Positions 1 through 7,754 of a stretch of 15,991 bases of DNA are shown piece after piece. Source of the stretch: Octopus sinensis (lineage: Eukaryota); the NCBI RefSeq assembly GCF_006345805.1, contig NW_021825290.1:1-15991 (forward strand). Direction: 5' to 3'. How positions within the stretch are numbered: position 1 is the first letter of the stretch; each line of letters starts with the position of its first letter. Under the pieces are notes generated by a model, which did no database searches, was not told the origin of the DNA, and saw only the letters and a program-made list of their open reading frames with translations. Made by a program: the position numbers and the translations under genes.

Positions 1-246
1 ATATATATATATATGCGTGTATGATTTTGGTGTGTCTGTGTTTGTCCCCCTAGCATTGCTTGACAACCGATGCTGGTGTGTTTATGTACCCGTAACTTAG
101 TGGTTCGGCAAAAAGAGACTGCTAGAAAAAGTACTGGGCTTACAAAAGAATAAGTCCTGGGGTCGAGTTGCTCGATTAAATGCGATGCTCCAGCATGGCC
201 ACAGTCAAATGACCGAAACAAGTAAAAGAGAGAAAATAGAGAAAGA
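1..246 (+). mobile_element. 3' half of SINE family A (5' head lies upstream of the window), preceded by its internal (TA)n/(TG)n tract
   Basis: 31-235 aligns closely with 4025-4236 (tgtgtctgtgtttgtccccc...gcttgacaaccgatgctggtgtgttta...ctccagcatggccacagt...aaaagag) and with the reverse complement of 3211-3410. It ends in an A/G-rich tail. Confidence 0.85.
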
Positions 247-296
247 GGGTATTGTGATTGAATTGTTCGACTAATCAGTCCCAGGTGTAACACCAC

Positions 297-2297
297 TTAA
301 GGTGGCTTTCCAATAACTGAATCAAAGAAGAAATAAACTACGTCGACTTTAATAGTAAAGATGACAGACATTGCTATAGCTGCGAATTTGATGATGCGAT
401 ACCTGTTGTTAGGTCGTAAGAAAGTGGAGCTGCCGCTGAGCATAAGATGTCCGCATGTATGACAACAGTCATGAATCCGATAAGTGTGGTTGTAAAATGG
501 ACATTCCTTACTCCAGCAGTGTTCTACTCGGTCTCCGTATTCACATTGGCTCATTTTGGATTTCAAGGCGTAGCAAGTCCAGCAACACTCTCTCCTGACC
601 ATAGGATCGTAGCAGAAATAGTCGTAACCGTCGGGTATATCTTTGCATGTCATGTTAAACGTACCGGGTATTACCCCATGCAATCTATCTCCGAGCCAAC
701 AATGTTTGAGAAGATGTGGAGCTCTTATGTTGTATAGACAATGTGTCATATGGCACCACATTTTCGTACCACACGATGTACCCTCGAGAGGATAAATCGC
801 CACGCATGTTGAGTTATGTAAGCAGAAAAGTCGTTTACAGAGCGTATTTCTATTAATGAAATTTTCTTTTTGGCATCCGTCTGCACTGGACGACAATCCA
901 AATTGGTCCTTACACTGCTCATTAGCAGAGAATTCCAGACCAGGTTTAAATGTGTCACTTAAATGAAATAGGGTTATACTGTCGTCCTTTGCTGTAACCT
1001 CTCCGGTGAAACAGAAAGGTATATGTCTATTTTTTCTTATTACAATCCTAAACTGCGCTACTGAACAACTAGAAAACTGAAAAATGCTGTTTTTTGCCGA
1101 CTCCAAATGGCCAAAATTGAATCCTCTCGACATGACATACTGCAGGCGAGTTTCGCATTTGTCTGCGGTTAAACCTATATTTTGAGCTATCATTTTAGAA
1201 GCTATTACAGCGGAGACTATAGAAAACCTTTCAAAAAGAACACTGGTGCCCGTTTTCGAACATATTCCTCGTGCCCAAGTTAAACCCGTTTCGTTATCAT
1301 TCGGAAAAACAATTTTTTTTTTTGTGACAAAGTGAACATGGTCGTAGTTCACCAAATTTGAACTCGTTTCGTTATTTAACCAATTCGTGAACAACGTCAG
1401 TGTCTGCTCGGCGCCCATGCCATCATCTGCCCACGGTGACGGTTTATGAATATTCCACATATAAATTCCCAGGCACGTTACTGAAACACTATATTCCATT
1501 GTGGAAAGTGTCTGAAATATGTGATCAATGATTTCTGAGGTATAATAATAATATTGCGTGAGGTAATAGATTAGGAAATCATTATCGTTTTGAAATCGAT
1601 GAGGCAGTTGACTAGAAAAGAATTCATATACACTACTGTCTATTACAATACCAATTTCTATAACATAGCGCACGCGTCTTCTCTTAGACCGATGTAATAA
1701 AGTCTTATCTAACGTAAATACGTTCTTGTTAAATTTTGGCAGATTGAAAAATGTGAAACTGCCTTCATTACTACTCAGTGAAAGATCATATACCTGGTGG
1801 AAATACCCATGTATTCGATGATTTCCTTCCAGTCTAGAATATATTTTATCAGATATAAAGTTCGGCAGAATGCCATACATAATATTTTTGTGAAAAATCC
1901 TACCACTCATCTTACACATACATGGGTCGTATTTACTGCCTCTTTCATCGCATTGCACCAGAAAAGAACTGCCAACTCCTTTGAAGACAGCTGTACGATT
2001 TCTCTTTGATCCAAATTGTTCAGTTCGAGATTCTTCTTCTCCGTTCTCGTCATTTACATAGAATACAGGTGTGCTTTTATCATCTTTGTTTAAAGTTAAT
2101 CGCAGTTCGATTGTTTCTCCGCGTAAGTGAAATATAAAATCGATCTTTTCTTGGCAATTGACCTCTCCGACTGAATGTGGTGCTTGGTATATTATTACTT
2201 TATCCGATATGAGTGTGCCTTCCATAGATTTTTTGGAACTAGGCGTCGATAAACAAAGAGCGGCATTTAGGATCCAAAGACCGAGAAATAACAACAT
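297..2297 (-). CDS. ADAM/ADAMTS-like (M12B reprolysin fold) secreted or surface protein, predicted catalytically inactive; single uninterrupted ORF of 666 aa
   Basis: ATG at 2295-2297, TAA at 297-299. Hydrophobic signal peptide aa1-17; furin site RSKR aa203-206 (1680-1691); reprolysin hallmarks YVIEIGIVID, YDHVHFVT, GLTWARGIC, Met-turn VMS and FSSCS; ADAMTS-type PGLEFSANEQC..FG and EGTSCG..MWC; two CxxGD...CCxTC repeats; six N-glycosylation sequons (N100, N309, N335, N495, N548, N603). No TSP1 WxxWxxW repeat. Confidence 0.9.
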   Translation of the reverse strand: MLLFLGLWILNAALCLSTPSSKKSMEGTLISDKVIIYQAPHSVGEVNCQEKIDFIFHLRGETIELRLTLNKDDKSTPVFYVNDENGEEESRTEQFGSKRNRTAVFKGVGSSFLVQCDERGSKYDPCMCKMSGRIFHKNIMYGILPNFISDKIYSRLEGNHRIHGYFHQVYDLSLSSNEGSFTFFNLPKFNKNVFTLDKTLLHRSKRRRVRYVIEIGIVIDSSVYEFFSSQLPHRFQNDNDFLIYYLTQYYYYTSEIIDHIFQTLSTMEYSVSVTCLGIYMWNIHKPSPWADDGMGAEQTLTLFTNWLNNETSSNLVNYDHVHFVTKKKIVFPNDNETGLTWARGICSKTGTSVLFERFSIVSAVIASKMIAQNIGLTADKCETRLQYVMSRGFNFGHLESAKNSIFQFSSCSVAQFRIVIRKNRHIPFCFTGEVTAKDDSITLFHLSDTFKPGLEFSANEQCKDQFGLSSSADGCQKENFINRNTLCKRLFCLHNSTCVAIYPLEGTSCGTKMWCHMTHCLYNIRAPHLLKHCWLGDRLHGVIPGTFNMTCKDIPDGYDYFCYDPMVRRECCWTCYALKSKMSQCEYGDRVEHCWSKECPFYNHTYRIHDCCHTCGHLMLSGSSTFLRPNNRYRIIKFAAIAMSVIFTIKVDVVYFFFDSVIGKPP

Positions 2298-2429
2298 ATT
2301 CTGTTATTTATTACAATCTGCGGACATTTTGTTTCTTAGTTCCAATTGCTTTGCTCGTTGTATGTGTATGTGTGTAGACAGGTATTATTAGCAATTTATG
2401 TTTGTGTGTCTGTGTGTCCCTATAAATGT

Positions 2430-2493
2430 ATACATACACAAATACTCACGCACAAAATACATATACATATACATATATATATATATGCATATG

Positions 2494-2562
<69 letters not shown>

Positions 2563-2597
2563 ATAATATATATATATGCATAATGTATATATATATA

Positions 2598-2631
<34 letters not shown>

Positions 2632-2835
2632 TTGCATATAAATATGTATGTATATTTATATAAGAATAAATATATACATGTATCTGTCTGTTATATATAT
2701 ATATATCGATATGAGTATATATGTATACACATATATAAGAGTGTATATATATATGTGTGTGTGTGTGTGCATGTGTGTGTGTATACACATATACACGTAC
2801 ACATCTACATGTGTGGATATATATGTATGTATGTA
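2430..2835. repeat. Compound (TA)n/(CA)n/(TG)n/(TATG)n microsatellite
   Basis: Directly visible dinucleotide and tetranucleotide tracts. Confidence 0.95.
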
Positions 2836-2908
2836 CGCATTCAATAGAGAACAATAAACAAACAAATCATATTATGATAATGGGACATGACGTAGATGCT
2901 ATTACCTG

Positions 2909-2935
2909 ACGTCATCGTCGTCGTCGTCGTCGTAG
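2909..2935 (+). repeat. Short (CGT)n trinucleotide repeat in a CpG-rich patch
   Basis: acgtcatcgtcgtcgtcgtcgtcgtag. Confidence 0.85.
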
Positions 2936-3123
2936 TCCACGTCGTTGCGGACGCCATGCTAGTTCGATGCTATCATCGTAGATTTTGTTGTTCAACAGTC
3001 ATTCCTAACTGAACATGACCAATAAAGATAAGACGTTCTGATCATGAGCATCCCGCTGATATTAAGAGTTTTTTTTTTGTTTTTTCTTATTATTACAGTA
3101 CAGCATCCGCTGTTAGGTATATC

Positions 3124-3188
3124 GGATGGCTGTGTGTTTAGGAAACTCGGCTTGTCACGTGGTTATTCAGGGTCCACTCCCACTTCGC
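3124..3188 (+). mobile_element. Degenerate tRNA-derived SINE head fragment, ending next to the minus-strand SINE
   Basis: ggatggctgtgtgtttagg...gggtccactcccact resembles the family A head (tggctgtgtagtaag...gggttcaatcccact), but with many mismatches. Confidence 0.4.
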
Positions 3189-3206
3189 TGTTCTACGGAT
3201 AAGCGT

Positions 3207-3421
3207 CTTCTTTCCTCTTTTACTCTTTTACTTGTTTCAGTCATTTGACTGCGGCCATGCTGGAGCACCGCCTTTTTAATCGAGCAACTCGGCTTATTCT
3301 TTTGTAAGCCCAGTACTTATTCTATCGGTCTCTTTTGCCGAAACGCTAAGTAACTGGGACACAAACACACCAGCATCGGTTGTCAAGCAATGCTAGGGGG
3401 ACACACAAACACACACACGCT

Positions 3422-3468
<47 letters not shown>

Positions 3469-3642
3469 CATATATACGACGGGCTTCTTTCAGTTTTCCG
3501 TCTACCAAATCCACTCACAAGGCTTTGGTCGGCCCGAGGCTATAGTAGAAGACACTTGCCCAAGGTGCCACGCAGTGGAACTGAATCCGGTACCATGTGT
3601 GGTTGGTAAACAAGCTACTTACCACACAGCCACTCTTGCGCC
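3207..3642 (-). mobile_element. Full-length tRNA-derived SINE, family A, with internal microsatellite
   Basis: Reverse complement begins ggcgcaagagtggctgtgtggtaag (A box), has a B-box-like ggattcagttcc, body caccttgggcaagtgtcttctactatagcc, an internal (TA)n tract (~3406-3477), the 3' module and an A-rich tail. 3500-3568 is a perfect 69-bp reverse complement of 3867-3935. Confidence 0.9.
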
Positions 3643-3794
3643 TATCACCTCGGAGCAAACTGATGCCTAGGGAGTGAATTTGGGGGACGAAAACAGGCCA
3701 TACAAGATATAGAACGGCCCTTATTACTCCAATAACAATACGATGTAGCCACAGAAGGGACTTGATGCCAAGATATCGTTCAATTGTACACAGT

Positions 3795-4236
3795 GGCGCA
3801 GGAGTGGCTGTGTAGTAAGTAGCTTGCTTACCAACAACATGGTTCCGGGTTCAATCCCACTGCGTAGCACCTTGGGCAAGTGTCTTCTACTATAGCCTCG
3901 GGCCGACCAAAGCCTTGTGAGTGGATTTGGTAGACAGAAACTGAAAGAAGCCCGTCGTATAATATATATATATACATATATACATATATATGTATGTATG
4001 TATGTATTTGTGTGTGTATACTTTTGTGTGTCTGTATTTGTCCCCCCCAACATCGCTTGACAACCGATGCTGGTGTGTTTACGTCCCCGTAACTTAGCGG
4101 TTCGGCAAAAGAAACCGATAGAATAAGTACTAGGCTTACAAAGTATAAGTCTAGAGGACGATTTTGCTCGACTAAAGGCGGTGCTCCAGCATGGCCACAG
4201 TAAAATGACTGAAAACATGGAAGAGTAAAAGAGAAA
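3795..4236 (+). mobile_element. Full-length tRNA-derived SINE, family A, with internal microsatellite
   Basis: ggcgcaggagtggctgtgtagtaag head, B box ggttcaatccc (3848-3858), same body as 3207-3642, internal (TA)/(TATG)/(TG) tract ~3958-4030, 3' module shared with 31-235, tail gagtaaaagagaaa. Confidence 0.9.
3805..3858 (+). promoter_or_regulatory. RNA polymerase III type-2 internal promoter (A box and B box) of the SINE head
   Basis: tggctgtgtagt (3805-3816) and ggttcaatccc (3848-3858) at tRNA-like spacing. Activity is not demonstrated. Confidence 0.6.
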
Positions 4237-4344
4237 GTGGTTCCGATTGTGCAGTCCCGAAATTGTCATTGGCACCGTGCGGACAAAAGCACGGAACGCA
4301 GACATCCAGAGGGTTCGCATCCATAGAGGTCGCCCCTACATCCG

Positions 4345-4704
4345 TCTCTTTCTGTCTCATTATCTCTCATGCGCACGCTCCCTCTCTTCCCCTTCTCTCC
4401 CTCTCTCCATCTCTTTGTTTATCTTCCTTTTTCCCAGTAGATGAGTGTGAGTGGGTGTGTGTATGTGTGTTTCATATTATATATTAACATAAGTGCTTCT
4501 TATATGTGTGAATATGAGAGTGTGTGTATGTATGTATGCATGTATGTATGTATGTATGTATGTATGTGAGTGTGTATACATATGTGTGAGCGTGCTCGCG
4601 CGTATATATATATATGCATAGTTCTATGTACAGAGAGTATGTATTTTCATTTCTCTCATGTACATGCAAACACACACACACTTTATGTAGACTATAAGAA
4701 CATA

Positions 4705-4752
<48 letters not shown>

Positions 4753-4844
4753 GTATATGTAATGTATGGTTATGATTATATATGTATATATTATATATTG
4801 TATATATTATATTATATATATATTATGTATTATATATGATATAT

Positions 4845-4878
<34 letters not shown>

Positions 4879-5071
4879 TAACATGTATACATGTGTGTAT
4901 GTATATATGTATATGTATATGCATATATATATGCATATATATATATGCATTGTTTATAAATTTAATTATACATCAGCACCTTTTATATTTTATGTACGTA
5001 TAATAGTCACATAAACATATATGTATACACACAGACAGACACATACTCATACACACACATACTTACACAAG

Positions 5072-5134
<63 letters not shown>

Positions 5135-5195
5135 AGATTGGGTATATAAGTATTTTTATGTACCAGCGTACGTGTGTGTGTGTGCGTGTGCATTG
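4345..5195. repeat. CT-rich low complexity followed by a long compound (TG)n/(TATG)n/(TA)n/(CA)n microsatellite
   Basis: Directly visible. Confidence 0.95.
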
Positions 5196-5502
5196 CTACG
5201 CCTATACGTGTCTTCTGGGCAAGAAAAATTTTCAACCATATTCGCTATAGAAATTTAATTATACTCCTGTGCTGCAATTTCCCACGGGTGTGTATTAATA
5301 ATTGCAAAATTCTAGATAAAAATACACATCAATTACAAAATGCGCTGCATCAAAGCCTTGAAATGAATGCAATTTATAAAATACCATCGGAAGACTAAAG
5401 TCTAGTCTTACGGCAGGGGCTGGCCGGGGGTTCGGTCTGGGTTTCTCAACGTATGGCTTGTAAGTCAATGGTCTCGTTAAGTTTCCCGTTTTATTTTTCT
5501 TT

Positions 5503-5539
<37 letters not shown>

Positions 5540-5577
5540 CCACCATCATCATCACCATCATCACCATCATCATCATC

Positions 5578-5608
<31 letters not shown>

Positions 5609-5685
5609 CCACCACCATCATCATCATCATCATCATCATAATCATCATCATCATTATTTTTTTGTTGTTATTTCTATTATTATTA

Positions 5686-5719
<34 letters not shown>

Positions 5720-5933
5720 CATCATCATCATTATTATTATTATTATTATTATTGTTGTTGTTGTTGTTACTATTATTATTATCATTATTATTATTATTAT
5801 TATTATTATCATCATCATCATTATTATTATTATTATTATATTATTATTATTATTATCATTATTATTATTATTATTATTATCATCATTATTATTATCATTA
5901 TTATTATTATTATTATTATCATCATTATTATTA

Positions 5934-5997
<64 letters not shown>
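5503..5997 (+). repeat. Compound trinucleotide array (ATC/ACC)n then (ATT)n with (GTT)n and (ATC)n blocks
   Basis: About 495 bp of trinucleotide units. It produces the poly-M/S/L/Y/I ORFs in the track. Confidence 0.95.
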
Positions 5998-6282
5998 GTC
6001 ACGGTATGTTTTTACTATTTTTTTTTTCTCTCTATATTTCAATAATTAAATATCGTTAAAAGTACTACTCAGACTTATTTCGATGTAGATAATAGTTTTG
6101 TTTGGTTTTTGTTTGTTTCTTTTCTTACTTTTAGTGGGGCGTTTTGGTTGGGTTTTACTGTTTTTTTAACTTTCCACTGTCCTTTTCTTTTTGCTTTTAT
6201 ATTTTTCATTTTGTTCTTTAATCAATGAGTTTTGTTATTTTTATACGGTGCCCCAATTGGTTCTTGTATATTTGATAAAACG

Positions 6283-6284
6283 TG

Positions 6285-6358
<74 letters not shown>

Positions 6359-6467
6359 CATGTATATATGAATATGTATGTATATGTATTCATCTCAGTG
6401 TGTGTCTGTGTGCGTCTTTGTATCTGTGTTTTCCCCAACCGGTGTGTTTATGTCCCAGTAACTTAGT
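6283..6467 (+). mobile_element. (TA)n(TG)n tract plus a truncated fragment of the SINE family A 3' module
   Basis: ...tctgtgttttccccaaccggtgtgtttatgtcccagtaacttagt matches 31-101 and 4025-4097 with an internal deletion, and stops abruptly at the next SINE head. Confidence 0.7.
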
Positions 6468-6742
6468 GAAGGCGCGTGGCTTGGTGGTTACAGTATTCGG
6501 CTTACGGTCGTAAGTTCCTGAGTTCAATTCCTGGCGACGTACTGTATTCGTGAGCAAGACACTTTATTTCACGTTGCTCCAGTCCACTCATGTGGCTTAA
6601 TTTGAGCTATACCTGTAATTCAAAAGGGGCCAGCTTTGTCACACTCTGTGTCATGCTGAATCTCCCTGGGTACTCCTTTAAGGGTACGTGGGGTACATGG
6701 AGTTCTCAGCTGATCAACCCATGTTGTCGTAACCGACAAAGC
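6468..6742 (+). mobile_element. tRNA-derived SINE, family B
   Basis: Head gaaggcgcgtggcttggtggttacag (A box), B box gagttcaattcc (6520-6531), body tgagcaagacactttatttcacgttgctccagtccactca. The 19-mer 6572-6590 is identical to 13371-13389. The 3' end at gtcgtaaccgacaaagc is placed from recall of the octopus family. Confidence 0.8.
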
Positions 6743-6754
6743 ACTAGTTTTAGT

Positions 6755-6783
6755 TTATATATAAATATGTGTGTGTGTGTATT

Positions 6784-6826
<43 letters not shown>
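6755..6826. repeat. (TA)n/(TG)n microsatellite
   Basis: Directly visible. Confidence 0.9.
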
Positions 6827-6829
<3 letters not shown>

Positions 6830-6963
6830 ATGCTTAGAAAGAGAAAGAGCGAAAGAAAAAGGTACTTCTCACATCGGATAATTGTTTCCATGCATATTGG
6901 CGAATCTTTTGTCTTCGATTCTTATCTTTTCAATTGCACACCAGCAGACATGTACTTCCATTT

Positions 6964-7075
6964 ATGCACACACACACATACACACACTCACACACACACA
7001 CACATATATACATATAGATATGTACATATAGAGAGAGTGAGAGAGTGAAATTGAGAGAGAGAGAGAGCGCGAGGG
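6964..7075. repeat. (CA)n/(TA)n/(GA)n compound microsatellite
   Basis: Directly visible. Confidence 0.9.
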
Positions 7076-7377
7076 AGAGCTCGAACTTTAATAAAGATTG
7101 TAAACACAGCGTAACTTAAATTATTTAGTATACTTCAAATTGACGGCTGCCGTGACACTAAAGGTAGCGCTCATTGTTTTGCTTTGTATTTTCATGTTCG
7201 GCATTATAACTCGCTGTAAATCTGGGGGTAATTTTTGTTCATTTTCTGTCTTTATTTCTTTTTTCCGCTGATGAGAAATATTAATTTCATTTTCTTACTT
7301 CAAGGGGGATATTAAGCGTTGATTCAAATTTTAATGTTACCTATATAAATTTATATACAGAGATTGTATGCCATATT

Positions 7378-7386
7378 GTGTATATA

Positions 7387-7433
<47 letters not shown>

Positions 7434-7464
7434 CATAGACACACATACACACACTTGTATATAT

Positions 7465-7508
<44 letters not shown>

Positions 7509-7529
7509 GACACACATACACACACTTGT

Positions 7530-7572
<43 letters not shown>

Positions 7573-7588
7573 TAATACATATATATAT
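7378..7588. repeat. (TA)n tract containing two identical 26-bp cores 71 bp apart
   Basis: tacatagacacacatacacacacttg at 7432-7457 and 7503-7528. Confidence 0.9.
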
Positions 7589-7592
7589 AATT

Positions 7593-7754
7593 GCAGTGTG
7601 GAAGGTGTTTGTAAGATGCAGCACGGATTTTTGTCAGTGAACAGGTCGCGGATTTTAGCGACAAAATATTTTGACAAATTAAATTTAAATGTTGAAGTGA
7701 ATCGAACAGCTTTTGTGTGTTTCTTAATGTGCTTACAAACACATTCCACGCTGC
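7593..7754. mobile_element. MITE-like non-autonomous DNA transposon, 162 bp, 23-bp terminal inverted repeats, flanked by AATT
   Basis: Left end gcagtgtggaaggtgtttgtaag (7593-7615) versus reverse complement of the right end (7732-7754) gcagcgtggaatgtgtttgtaag: 21/23 identical. AATT at 7589-7592 and 7755-7758. No coding capacity. Confidence 0.75.

Noticed and set aside
297-2297. Assigning a specific ADAM/ADAMTS gene symbol or calling it a venom protease
   Set aside because: The architecture matches no numbered vertebrate gene, the catalytic site is absent, and there is no expression evidence in the sequence.
447-2391. Short ORFs overlapping the main CDS (447-737, 746-958, 1797-2009, 2158-2391)
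   Set aside because: Shadow frames of the real gene, with no recognisable motifs.
2328-2870. TATA-like motifs upstream of the gene
   Set aside because: Indistinguishable from the (TA)n microsatellite, and the TSS is unknown.
5391-5445. 7-bp hairpin (aagacta/tagtctt) and adjacent G-rich run as a Helitron end or G-quadruplex
   Set aside because: The hairpin is AT-rich and overlaps the CTAG rather than preceding it, and there are only three G-tracts of 3 or more.
7268-7295. CTGATGA followed by a hairpin (gaaat/atttc) as a second hammerhead
   Set aside because: The hairpin is followed by attttc, not GAAA, so the core is incomplete.
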